Of a stretch of DNA of 64,000 nt, positions 1-10,054 are shown one piece after another (position 1 is the stretch's first letter; the number at the start of each line of letters is the position of its first letter). The stretch comes from Epithemia pelagica (Eukaryota; Protista; Bacillariophyta). The stretch is from NCBI GenBank assembly GCA_946965045.2, contig OX337239.1:2418001-2482000 (forward strand), read 5' to 3'. The position numbers and the translations under genes were made by a program. A model generated the notes under the pieces. The model saw nothing but the letters and a program-made list of their open reading frames with translations, did not search any database and was not told where the DNA came from.

Positions 1-10
1 TTCCGCGGCC

Positions 11-2131
11 ATGAAGAAAGCCCAACAAGAAATAGAACGCTTTGCTGACACAATAGTTCCCTTCCATACCATTCGCAATACGAAAGACGGTTCGGAAGGA
101 TTCATTTTCCGGGGGGCCGACACTATGAAAGGTGTTCTGAGATCCAATAATGCGTTGGAAGGTGAGGCGAAAGAAAGGGAACATACAGTGGCCTCGTGTA
201 TGGATGGAGCCAGTCTTACTAGATCATTGGACCATACACTGGGTGGGGTCAAGTACAATGATATCTCCAACCCACTTCAACGGTCCCAGGCAGCTTGTGT
301 CCCAACCTGTTGTGTCATTGGTCGGGAAAAGAAAAACACTGTACGCGGATTATTCTCTAGAATGTTGAAAGAAAACAAGGAAGCAGCCGAGACTGTACTC
401 CCGAAAGCGTTCGGAATAAAAGAAGTGTACAATCCACTCAATGCCGATATGTCCTGTGATTTCAAAGTTTCAGACAAAGGAGGAGCGGTTAAAGTTGCGA
501 AATATCCATGTGCCAAGTGTCACATTTCAAGTGATAACTTAACAAAGGGCCTGGAATCACCCGATGACTGCAAATGGTGTGATCACATGGACTACGCATC
601 TACAGAAGATGGATGGATGTGTCGTCACTTTCCTATTTGCACCGACGACTATGTGCAAATCCGCAAGGACGAAATGAAAAAGTTCGAGAAGGACATGCCC
701 CAGATCAAGGACCAGATTGAAGAAATATGGGCTAAGTCGAAAATTGCAATGAACAAGACAATGGACCCTAGAATGCCGGTCGATGAGATTCAGTTGAAAA
801 CAGTCTCTTCAATTCACTTCGATGTGGCTCAGGCGTCAAACACTTTACAGAAGAGGTACTCTTCTTGGCTGAACCAGGATCTGGGTTTACGTAATTTGTC
901 CGTAGATGGCAATGTGTTGGAACGACAGGATCGTTTACGACGCCAACTGATTTCGGAGTGGCAATATGTTGATTGCCATGATTGCGTCCGATTGTTCGGG
1001 GAAGGTACGGTCAGCACTGCACTTGTTATGGTCATGGATTCCATTCCCTGCATTCTCCACATGGAGATGCGAATGGGGCAGAAGATTTTGACTATGTGCT
1101 TCCGGACCGGGCTTATGAATGCCAAAAACAATCTACTTCCTTGGATTCAACGATCCAACCGTTCGTCTGTCGAGAAAAAATGCAAGTCCTTCCTTCGAGG
1201 AATCGAGCATTGCATCAATACCGAAATACTTGGAACAGGAAATCTCGCGTTCCAGTTTCAGATTCCATTCGAGGAAACCACGAAGACTATTGGGGTGGTT
1301 CAGATGAGCAATGTACAGATCCGACGTTTGATTGTCGACATCGAGAAACTCGTGGACAAGTGCATCGTGGATGAGGATGACATCTTCTTATGGAAGAGGG
1401 CAATGGAACACTACTCTGCCTCGTTCCAACTGCTGCGAATTCGGGAACCCATGACAAACGAGCAAATATTTGACTACCAGAAGCATGCTGATCTCTTCTA
1501 TCGCGACTGGATAGAGTTGTATGGTGACGATGGGATCACAAATTATGCCCACTACATTGGTAGTGGGCATATCGGGGAATATCTCCTACACTGGCGCAAC
1601 CTCACGAACCATTCCCAGCAAGGCTGGGAAGCGTTCAACTCCGCTTTTAAGAGCTTCTATTTCAATAGAACTCAGCGCGGAGGAGCAGTGAATAGAGGAA
1701 AAGGGGCACGCTCAAGGCTACGTCCCATGGCAAGATGGATCCAACGCCGCATGGTTTTCATGCTAGGTTACGACCTGGAAACCATGCGAGCCGAAATGGA
1801 TGCGAGGACTCCGGAAGAAGAAGAGAAGTTCAAAACGTGGGTGAGAGACAATGGCGGAACAATCAAATTCGGGCAGCTTGTTCGACACAACAAAAAAGCC
1901 AATGACGAATCCAAGGATGACGAAGATGAAGATGAGGAAGGACACAACAATACAGGCAATGACGAATCCAAGGATGACGAAGATGAAGATGAGGAAGGGG
2001 TTAAGGAATACGAGTTCGACTGGGATGTGGGAGTTGAGATTCTGTATGATCCTCGGTTGGATGATTCACAGGATCTCGATGTAGACTCGGAAGACTCAAC
2101 AACTACTGAGGAAGAGTACGAATCAGAGTAG
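11..2131 (+). CDS. RAG1-core/Transib-like DDE transposase (frame stays open to the left window edge, so the N-terminus may be incomplete)
   Basis: Motifs occur in RAG1/Transib order and spacing: SCMDG (D65, nt 203), MSCDFK (D150, nt 458), CAKC (C167/C170), DSIPCILH, ITNYAHYIGSGH (H514/H520), SQQGWEAFN (E540). Acidic C-terminal tail. Confidence 0.7.
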   Translation: MKKAQQEIERFADTIVPFHTIRNTKDGSEGFIFRGADTMKGVLRSNNALEGEAKEREHTVASCMDGASLTRSLDHTLGGVKYNDISNPLQRSQAACVPTCCVIGREKKNTVRGLFSRMLKENKEAAETVLPKAFGIKEVYNPLNADMSCDFKVSDKGGAVKVAKYPCAKCHISSDNLTKGLESPDDCKWCDHMDYASTEDGWMCRHFPICTDDYVQIRKDEMKKFEKDMPQIKDQIEEIWAKSKIAMNKTMDPRMPVDEIQLKTVSSIHFDVAQASNTLQKRYSSWLNQDLGLRNLSVDGNVLERQDRLRRQLISEWQYVDCHDCVRLFGEGTVSTALVMVMDSIPCILHMEMRMGQKILTMCFRTGLMNAKNNLLPWIQRSNRSSVEKKCKSFLRGIEHCINTEILGTGNLAFQFQIPFEETTKTIGVVQMSNVQIRRLIVDIEKLVDKCIVDEDDIFLWKRAMEHYSASFQLLRIREPMTNEQIFDYQKHADLFYRDWIELYGDDGITNYAHYIGSGHIGEYLLHWRNLTNHSQQGWEAFNSAFKSFYFNRTQRGGAVNRGKGARSRLRPMARWIQRRMVFMLGYDLETMRAEMDARTPEEEEKFKTWVRDNGGTIKFGQLVRHNKKANDESKDDEDEDEEGHNNTGNDESKDDEDEDEEGVKEYEFDWDVGVEILYDPRLDDSQDLDVDSEDSTTTEEEYESE
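1901..1998 (+). repeat. 41-bp direct repeat (57-bp period) in the acidic tail of the transposase
   Basis: aatgacgaatccaaggatgacgaagatgaagatgaggaagg at 1901-1941 and 1958-1998. Confidence 0.9.
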
Positions 2132-2181
2132 ATAGGAGAGTCAGTATTGAATATATAATGAGATTTGTTTCAATGATTACA

Positions 2182-3828
2182 CTAATTAGTTGCTTGAGCG
2201 TCATTGTTTGCTTTCACAAGACTGGCAATGAGAGGAATATCCGTATGGAAATCCATATCCTGACTCCCTTCCTCCACGTCCGACTTGAATCGAACACCGC
2301 TCACAACAATACATCCAATGGACCAAGACTTTGAAGGAAGTAGTGTCCCAACGTACTCCATACCCTCGATTCCTCCAACTCGGTCATACCTCTCAGGATC
2401 ATTCATCGTGAAAATAGTGTCATCATATTTGTCACGAAGGACGTAGTGTTTCTTGTCGGCCGGTGGGAGATAGACAGCGACTTGGAAAGTGGTCCCTTCG
2501 TGCTCATATTTGTCACCAAGAGATACCAAACAATTTGGGGGGGCCATGGATCGAGGTGAAGTATCTCTGTATCGTATCTCGGTGTGGTCTGAGCTATCTG
2601 CTGTCGATGGATCAGTGGACGAGTCAGGTGACGTGACTTGTGGAGCAACGAGTGCATCAGCTGATACGGGAAAGGGACGGAATTTCTTGTCATCGAATGG
2701 GAATGGCTTGGCTAGGAGCACACTTTCAAGATGGTCCGTGGGAGGATCAACCTTGAATTTACCACCACGACTCTTGTCGTAACGGTACCGTTCAAAGTTC
2801 ACGGAAACCTTGACTTGAAAAGGCGAGAACACAATGTCGATGCGTTGATCAAGGCATCGGCGCTTAAACTCAGGCTTCTCTTTACTGCCTCGGATCACAG
2901 TCAGGAAATGCCCTCGCTTGAGGGTAACACCAGCAGTACCATCTTTAAGAGTTGGCCGAACTTCACTCGAACCATAGACTGCTGCAAAACCTAGGAAATT
3001 ACGCACAATGTCCAACTCTTCTTGTGTTTCGAAGCGTAGGATGCCATTCTGACAGCTCATCCGAATCTTACGGCGTGTTAGTTTGGCATCTAAGTCTTGA
3101 TAGCTCTCGGATCCGTCGATATAATGACAGGAGACACATTTCAGGTGAGAATTGAGAAGGACATGCAAGTAATTAAATGTTTCAGAGGGGATGTTACCGA
3201 TGGTGACTGTCTGGAAGTCACGTTTCTCTGCATGCCCGCCCCGCTTGTTCAAAATCTTGATAAGAGCCTTGCGTAGTAGGAACAGGCCGTGCCAAGTGTT
3301 TTTGTGGAAACAGCGTGGAGGAACAATCAGTTGTTCGTTTGGTTTCACTTGATCCATGGGGAAGCAGGTAAATTTCAACTCGTCAATTGGCACTAACTTG
3401 TTCTCCCGTACTTGCTTGAACCGTACTATGTACACGTTTTTGATGCCTTCCGCCCATCTGTTCAACGGAGATTCCAGTTGCTTCGGTGTGAAACAAAATG
3501 CAGGATATCTGATGGAAATATCTTGTGCTTGAGCTTCGTACCGGTGAATCGAATCCCATGATTCGTAGAGTTTGATTTGACGAGAGCCAGTTTCTTCTTC
3601 GAGGGGATCGAAATCATGTTTCGGAATGGAGGGATGGCATTTTAGTTTCTTTGGGGGGAATAACGGGTAGAACAATTTCAGCATGACATTGCCATCAGTA
3701 TGTTTGTTCAGCTGGCATACGGTGGTTGAGTGTTGATCTTGATCACTCAATTTGACATGCACAAAAGTTCCCACACGAAAGACATCGTTGAATAGCGGAA
3801 CATAAACCGGCCCTTCGTTTTCATACAT
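2182..3828 (-). CDS. Hypothetical 548-aa protein, convergent with the transposase
   Basis: Long uninterrupted ATG-started ORF of complex composition; its stop lies 50 bp from the transposase stop; no family recognised. Confidence 0.7.
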   Translation of the reverse strand: MYENEGPVYVPLFNDVFRVGTFVHVKLSDQDQHSTTVCQLNKHTDGNVMLKLFYPLFPPKKLKCHPSIPKHDFDPLEEETGSRQIKLYESWDSIHRYEAQAQDISIRYPAFCFTPKQLESPLNRWAEGIKNVYIVRFKQVRENKLVPIDELKFTCFPMDQVKPNEQLIVPPRCFHKNTWHGLFLLRKALIKILNKRGGHAEKRDFQTVTIGNIPSETFNYLHVLLNSHLKCVSCHYIDGSESYQDLDAKLTRRKIRMSCQNGILRFETQEELDIVRNFLGFAAVYGSSEVRPTLKDGTAGVTLKRGHFLTVIRGSKEKPEFKRRCLDQRIDIVFSPFQVKVSVNFERYRYDKSRGGKFKVDPPTDHLESVLLAKPFPFDDKKFRPFPVSADALVAPQVTSPDSSTDPSTADSSDHTEIRYRDTSPRSMAPPNCLVSLGDKYEHEGTTFQVAVYLPPADKKHYVLRDKYDDTIFTMNDPERYDRVGGIEGMEYVGTLLPSKSWSIGCIVVSGVRFKSDVEEGSQDMDFHTDIPLIASLVKANNDAQATN

Positions 3829-4316
3829 GATGCCTTGTTTCTATGGTCAATCAATGGGAGACAAAGCAGTCGTTTGGGTATATGGACAAAGGGAAACGAA
3901 GTAACAAGAATCATCCTTCACCATTGGCATGGTATCGTCCAAGCAACGGATGATTGCTTCCGAGTGAGAAGTGCCGTATAAGAATTCGGAACTAATGTGT
4001 GACATTCTCTGAGAAATAGATTTAATTAGAAAATTTAAAGTGGTAATGAAGTTATGTCGCAAAAATGGGGGTATTTATTGTCGCAGGCAGGTCGTGTGTG
4101 TGCACGTGTGTGGCGGGCTGGCTCGAAAAGCACGTTTTGTCGGAATGGATGGGATCCAAAGTGCTCCTTACGAAACATTTTGGTCCAAATTAGTACGGGC
4201 TATCGCGGTGCCAAATTGTCAGGTAGACCAGATATTTGCCAGAATCCAGAAATCCAGAAAATCCTGAATAACTCGACCGGGTGTTGATCTTTTTCAAAAC
4301 AGAAAGATTATCAGCA

Positions 4317-4339
4317 GATAGAGCTCGTCGAGCTCTGTC
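4317..4339. repeat. Hairpin with an 11-bp stem, within a repeat-rich candidate transposon subterminus
   Basis: gatagagctcg-t-cgagctctgtc (one mismatch). Nearby are ccagaa(a)t tandem units (~4239-4268) and cagaatttctggc twice (~4384, ~4528). Confidence 0.6.
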
Positions 4340-4813
4340 GATTCCGCTGCTTAAAATTGAAAAAAGGCAACATGGTCGTGACTCAGAATTTCTGGCGTGA
4401 CTCGTGCGCCAAACCGTCAGGTTGCTTCTACGCCAATTTTTCCGCGTGTGTCACAAAATCCTGGAGGTCGCTACTATGGTTTTGAGTCGCACAAGAAGCA
4501 AAGACACACCGCGCGTATTCCCGCGCGCAGAATTTCTGGCCGGATGCGTTCGGCGGCAAGTTCGGAGGCCATTCGTCGTTCTCTGACATGCCACCACCAC
4601 ATTGCATATGCCAATCACCAATCACCAACCATTCTATGAATTCCCCCTATTACCGTAACGCAATCTTTTTTTCTGTTTTCCAAAGAACAATCGACAAAGC
4701 AGCTCAAACAGAAACAAACGCTCAAACAAAAACAAACGTGTTGACAACAACCATTATTTATCATACTAACGAAACACTTTTGTTGAACGTGTCAAGAGAG
4801 AAGAATGGTTTCT

Positions 4814-5732
4814 ATGCATGTATCCACAGTTTCGCTCCTCGCCATGGCATGCATGCCATGGCAATCGTTGGGCTTTGGCAGTGTGACTCCATGGATTCGG
4901 TCGTCGGAGAGTTTGATCTGGAAAAGGTAGGTTTCCAGGAGGTCTCGGAACGATGTATGTGTGGCGTAAGCTCATATGGTTCCTTCTTGCCTCGTGCTAC
5001 CAACTTTATAACAGACCACATGGGAAGGATACCCCGTTCATGAAAGATCCACAACAGTACAGACACTCCAGAGAACATGTGTCACCCCAAACTCCTACAA
5101 CAACCACAGCAACAACAACCTCCCTCTGCTCCAGCAAGGCACCGCAACAACACAGTAGTCGGAATCGCAGTACGAAACGTGATTTGGACCACATGCTGGC
5201 CTTTATTCACGAACCACCCAATTTGTTGGATCCCTCCGATTTGAATCCATCGACACCCTTGGATTGTGACACAATGGATTTGATTCATTGCATTGTCAAG
5301 GCTGCCGATGGTCGCAAGGCCTCCGATATTTGTGCCCTGCAAGTTCGTCACATTACCTCCCTCACGTCCGCCCTGGTGATTGTGTCGGGCACGTCCCGAC
5401 CGCAAAATCAAGCCATTGCGGCCGCCATTACCGACGATGTCGAATTGCAATTTGGACAGCAGCCGGGGGGAAATGGGATTCCCGAAGGGAGTGCCGAATC
5501 GGGATGGATGCTCCTCGATTATGGCAGTGTCATGGTTCATATCATGACGCCCAAATCACGCTTGTTTTACAATGTCCAAGGACAATGGATGCAAAAGGGG
5601 GGACGGTCCATGGATTTGACCGACATTCTCATTCCCAATACCGTTGTCGGTGGTGGGGATTCTTGGACCGCCGGAGGAGCACTACCTACAACGGGGGAAC
5701 CGGCCGAAGAAGAAGATCCGTTTTGGTCCTAA
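4814..5732 (+). CDS. rsfS: Ribosome silencing factor RsfS/Iojap, probably plastid-targeted; exons 4814-4926 and 5015-5732
   Basis: VKAADGRKASDI..LVIVSGTSRPQNQAI..WMLLDYGSVMVHIMTPKSRLFYNV is the RsfS signature. A GT-AG intron at 4927-5014 joins an in-frame signal-peptide exon (MHVSTVSLLAMACMPWQSLG-F). Confidence 0.85.
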
Positions 5733-6312
5733 CAGAAGCACACACAATTTTTTAAACTCTGCCGTTTGTTTTTCTATTTAGTTATACACACACAGACTCT
5801 CTCTAGTGCATTCTGCCCTCGATCCACAAGCACCAAACTGTTCGTCCTGGAACAACTCGTTGGGGAGAAACAGGACGTGTGTGCAGTTTTTTCTTTGCGC
5901 ACACTTTTTGTGTAGCGCACGGCAACAGGCATTGGCAGAATGGGAGTAGCGTTTTCGTCCATACGGGAGGATTTGTGGAGACAGGATTGTGCTGCCTCTA
6001 GTCATCTCTCTCGGAAAAAGATTCTAAGAACGCAAAAGTCATTCGCCAGGACCGGAACACCATTCGATACCTTCCTCAAATCACCACCACTGGAATCCTC
6101 CTAGTGTCTCCATTCTTTGGAAACTCCTTCCAAGAACACAAGATTCAGATTCTGTGTGATCCAATTCCGCAAAGATCGTAGTACAGAAACAGCCAGTAAC
6201 GTAGGCAAAGGGAATTTTGGCCTTGCGTGGTCACAAAGACACAACAGCTGGAATTCCCCCAAAGAGGCACGACTCGTCCGAGACGAGATTGGAGAACGAG
6301 ACAGAGAGAGAC

Positions 6313-7761
6313 TCAATCCTTGAGCCGTGACTGCGGACGCCAGGAGGGGAGTGGAGCAACGACCAAAAGAACCGCCAGTGTAAGCAAGACGGCACCGACC
6401 ATGCCCTGAGGACCCAACGGTGGTTCTGTCTCCGGGTCCAAGAGGAGCCAGGCAATCGCTGCTGTGCCCAGTGGTTGCAAGGAATAAATGAGATTGGCCG
6501 TCACGGGTCGGACTGTTTGTTGTCCGACGGTTTGAGCTTGAATGGTGTAGGCAATGGTCACCAAACCCGTCCACATCATGGCACCCACGGCCCGCCAGAC
6601 TTGTTGTTGTTGTTGGTGGTTGTTCGCTATGTCCTCATTCCACACTTGGTCGTGGAGTTGATGGAAATAGTCTTGAAGGATTCTGCCTTGTTCTTGGAAC
6701 AGTCCAAGTACGTAATTTCCTTCCATACCAGGAGCATCCATTCTTGTGGTCGAACACAGTAAGGCCAACGAAATGACAACAAGGGCGCAAGCACATTCGG
6801 TACAAGCCTTGACAGCGGCCAGTTGAATCGGAACACTGTCTTGGGCATGTGTCGTCAGTCGAATAACATGTAAGGTATAGACTAGGGCAGCCATAAAGAT
6901 ATACACATCTCCTCCTGTTTCAAACAGTCCTCCCAAATCATGAAACGGATCACCATGGCGAACCAAAGCATTCGTCGCAGTCATGGGAACCTCAATCAAG
7001 ACAACTCCCAGGAGGGCCAATAGACAGGCAATCCAAGTTTTGAGATTCTTCATGACATGCCACGTTTGTAGTAGCATGGCTTCCACGATTGGTACCAAGA
7101 GAACTTTGATCTGCAACAGGAGCGCGGACCGATCCGCCGAGATTGTCTGCAAGGCAACAAGTTGCATCATGTTTCCTGCAAACAGGTAGATACCCAGTTC
7201 CATGCCTTGTCGAATGGGCCATTGCGGTGGCTGTGACAAAGACACTGCAACCGGAGAGTTTTTTGGTAGACCACTCGTGTTGGCGCCGCTCCAAAGGAGG
7301 AGGACCAGCGATGCAATGAGAAAATAACCAAAGGAAAACAGCAAGGCAGGCACGGGAGGGTCCAATGCATACACATAGCGAACAGCAGGCTCATAGGATC
7401 CCCATGCCAAGGGGACGGTGAACAGAAGGAGAAGGCTGCGCCGTTCCTTATTAATGCTGTTGGTGATGCTGCTAGTGTCAGGATGGTTACTGGATCCCTC
7501 CTCGTCTTGGTTTCGGGTAGCCTTGAATTGTAGAAGAGTTTTACCGTATTTTAGTCGGAAAGGCGACAGATTGAAAGGTTGCATCGTCGTCGTTGTGGTG
7601 TGTTGGATGGGACGACTGGAATGCTGATGAATGGCGGTTGGAGTTGGGGTGAATTTGTAAATGGTCGCAGGACAGCAAAACGAAGTGACAGGTTGTGGTA
7701 CAAGGAGTATCGAAACGGTACGAACAATGGATGTCAGGATCAGAAGCGTCGTTGTTCTCAT
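6313..7761 (-). CDS. EamA/DMT-superfamily membrane transporter with an N-terminal targeting leader
   Basis: Multiple hydrophobic helices; WGSYEPAVR, GMELG.YLF.GN..Q..ALQT.SADR.A.L, YTIQAQTVGQQ.V.P..ANLIYS.QPL. The likely start is M at 7761 (MRTTTLLIL). Confidence 0.8.
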   Translation of the reverse strand: MRTTTLLILTSIVRTVSILLVPQPVTSFCCPATIYKFTPTPTAIHQHSSRPIQHTTTTTMQPFNLSPFRLKYGKTLLQFKATRNQDEEGSSNHPDTSSITNSINKERRSLLLLFTVPLAWGSYEPAVRYVYALDPPVPALLFSFGYFLIASLVLLLWSGANTSGLPKNSPVAVSLSQPPQWPIRQGMELGIYLFAGNMMQLVALQTISADRSALLLQIKVLLVPIVEAMLLQTWHVMKNLKTWIACLLALLGVVLIEVPMTATNALVRHGDPFHDLGGLFETGGDVYIFMAALVYTLHVIRLTTHAQDSVPIQLAAVKACTECACALVVISLALLCSTTRMDAPGMEGNYVLGLFQEQGRILQDYFHQLHDQVWNEDIANNHQQQQQVWRAVGAMMWTGLVTIAYTIQAQTVGQQTVRPVTANLIYSLQPLGTAAIAWLLLDPETEPPLGPQGMVGAVLLTLAVLLVVAPLPSWRPQSRLKD

Positions 7762-8512
7762 GACAACGACGACGATGATGATGCGCCATTTTGCAGAAGA
7801 AATAAAGGCATGCCAACGATTTCGTGGGACGGCGTACAGACAAAGCCTAAACAGGCATTTAGAGCTGCTATGTATGCTATGTATTGTACCATATTGTACC
7901 ACACAGGAGCATAGGTAGAGTTATCGAGTATCGAGGTATCGAAGCACGGGAACGTAAAGACCGTTTTCTTCTATCTCCGCCTTTCTCCTTCCAAGCAAGT
8001 GGCAGAGGGATGCTTGTTTGAGAGAGAGAAAGAGAAACAAATACTGTGCAATCTCTACTACTGTAAAAGGTTGAGGATGATGTGGTACTGGCCGAACCAG
8101 CAAGACCAGGCCAATAAAGATACGAGGCTTTTTCGGGAATGAATGGATTGGTTTCGTGATTCTGGCGTCGTGTCCGTTGGGACCATCCTGTTCTGGAGAG
8201 AGTGTTCTGGTCGTCGTCGTCGAGTTGCGTTTGGAATGGAATGGACTAGGTAGGTAGTTCGCCGTAGAGCCCTGATGTGTGGTGCTACGTGCGTACAAAT
8301 GGAAACAGCCCATATACGACAGGCGCACACCACCAAAGGATTGGGGCGAAACCATCCAATACCACCACATACATACTCTCAATACAAAAGCATGGCTCGT
8401 GATGGGTCCTCCTGATCCGTTCTCGTTTGCCACTTCGACTCATCGACATGGATGCATCCCTCTCCTCCATCCACCGATCGAGGCCGATAGCAATCGGTGC
8501 CCACCATGCCCG

Positions 8513-9667
8513 CTACGGCTTATCGTCGTCGTTTCTGTCGTCGTCCTTCTCTTGCATTTTGAAAGGCATGGCTGGTCGATCCCAAAAGTGGTCCACGGCG
8601 GTGGCCTGCAAGGCTTGTTCTTGTTCCCAGGAAATGCGTCGATACACCATGAAATATTTTTGGCCGCCATTGCGATCCACCTTTTGTCCTTCTTCGGTCT
8701 GCGTCACCATGGCTGCAATGCAGGGATCGTCGTCGTCCGTGTAGTGGTCGTTCTTGTTCTCGTCGTTGTCGTTCACCACCACGACTCGTTGAAACAAGGG
8801 ATGAGCCTCACACTTTTGGACTTGCCAACAATGCAATTCGTAGACATCGGTAATGGCATAGAGTTTGCCGGTATTGTATTGCAGGAAATGAGCATATTCC
8901 GTCAGAAGGCGGTCACTAATGATACGACGGGCATGATTTTTGCGTTTGAAATGGGGATCGGCAAAGCAAAAAAAGAGTTTTTCGAGGGAATGGGGCCGTA
9001 CCAAGTGGGGCAAAAATTTTTGCGCATTCGTCCGCAAGACACTGACGTGATGATGCGTGTCGTGTTGGGAACGAGCGGCCGCGATCCGCAAACGGACATA
9101 TTCCGTCACCTTGGCCCGAATTTCCAAGCCCAAGACAAAGGCCTTGGGGAAAATAGGAGGAGACGACGACGAGGTGTCCGAAGTTGCATTGCTGTCATTA
9201 TTGCTCTTGGATTCCGTCTCATTGGATGCCGCATACAAATCTCCCAAGGCCATGGTCAAGCCACCAAATCCACATCCGACATCGAGAATGGTGGGTTGAC
9301 AGTGATGATGATTGCTGCTGCTCTTGTTGGTTTGTTGATAGTGTGGAAAATGATCGACGGTCCAATCCATGTTCTCGGGACGAATGGGATAGGAAAAGGA
9401 ATCGTTGTGTGACAAGGGATTGCAATGCGCTCGTTGACGATAAAACTTTTTTTGTGGACGTTCGCCATCTTGCGTCAAGGGTTGTGGATTGGCAGCAGCC
9501 GCAGCATGTCGTTTTCGATCCTCCTTGGGGGGGCTCGCCGTCTCCATCCTTGTTGTAGACTGCACGCTATTCTGGAATGGAAGGGCACCGGCACCTTGCT
9601 CTCTAGGTCTTCTGTTGGGGTGGTTCGAACAACAACTCTTTTCTGGCGGATCGTCGTTTTGTGTCAT
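8513..9667 (-). CDS. TRM8: tRNA (guanine-N7)-methyltransferase catalytic subunit
   Basis: KKFYRQRAHCNPLSH, ILDVGCGFGGL, LGLEIRAKV, FCFADPHFKRKNHARRII, ITDVYELH, TEEGQKVDRNGGQKY. Confidence 0.95.
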   Translation of the reverse strand: MTQNDDPPEKSCCSNHPNRRPREQGAGALPFQNSVQSTTRMETASPPKEDRKRHAAAAANPQPLTQDGERPQKKFYRQRAHCNPLSHNDSFSYPIRPENMDWTVDHFPHYQQTNKSSSNHHHCQPTILDVGCGFGGLTMALGDLYAASNETESKSNNDSNATSDTSSSSPPIFPKAFVLGLEIRAKVTEYVRLRIAAARSQHDTHHHVSVLRTNAQKFLPHLVRPHSLEKLFFCFADPHFKRKNHARRIISDRLLTEYAHFLQYNTGKLYAITDVYELHCWQVQKCEAHPLFQRVVVVNDNDENKNDHYTDDDDPCIAAMVTQTEEGQKVDRNGGQKYFMVYRRISWEQEQALQATAVDHFWDRPAMPFKMQEKDDDRNDDDKP

Positions 9668-10054
9668 GGTCGATGATGACCAACCACACCGACCACAACA
9701 GACGCCCGACCTGCGTACGTCGTACAGACGAATCCCGAATCAGTCCTGCGGGAATCAAGGGCGAGAACACGTCACCCTCTACTGGCCAACATATTTTCTG
9801 CGACTGAGGATGGAGCAACAAAAAGGATACGGCGGACACAACACCTCATTCCTTTCGCGCATCTTTCTCGTTGGTGTTTTTGTTCCGTTGAATTCCAGAG
9901 AGAGAGACCCAAGCCCTCTCTGGTTGCTGTTGTTGCGAACGACTTGTCTGGTCTGCTCTTGTCGTTGGTCACGTTGTGCTGGTTTTTGAGGCCGTGTGTG
10001 TGGTGGTGACTGTCATTGTCGTTTCGATACACACGCAACAAACGACAACAAGAG

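Noticed and set aside
2182-3828. RAG2 homologue
   Set aside because: No kelch-repeat or PHD cysteine pattern is visible; only the orientation matches.
3830-4800. RSS-like heptamer/nonamer (CACAGTG/ACAAAAACC) or a CAC-type Transib TIR closing the RAG1-like element
   Set aside because: No convincing match was found by eye, and the other end is outside the window.
4953-5014. ATG 4953 as the RsfS start codon
   Set aside because: It lies within a well-formed GT-AG intron, and the upstream exon supplies a better leader.
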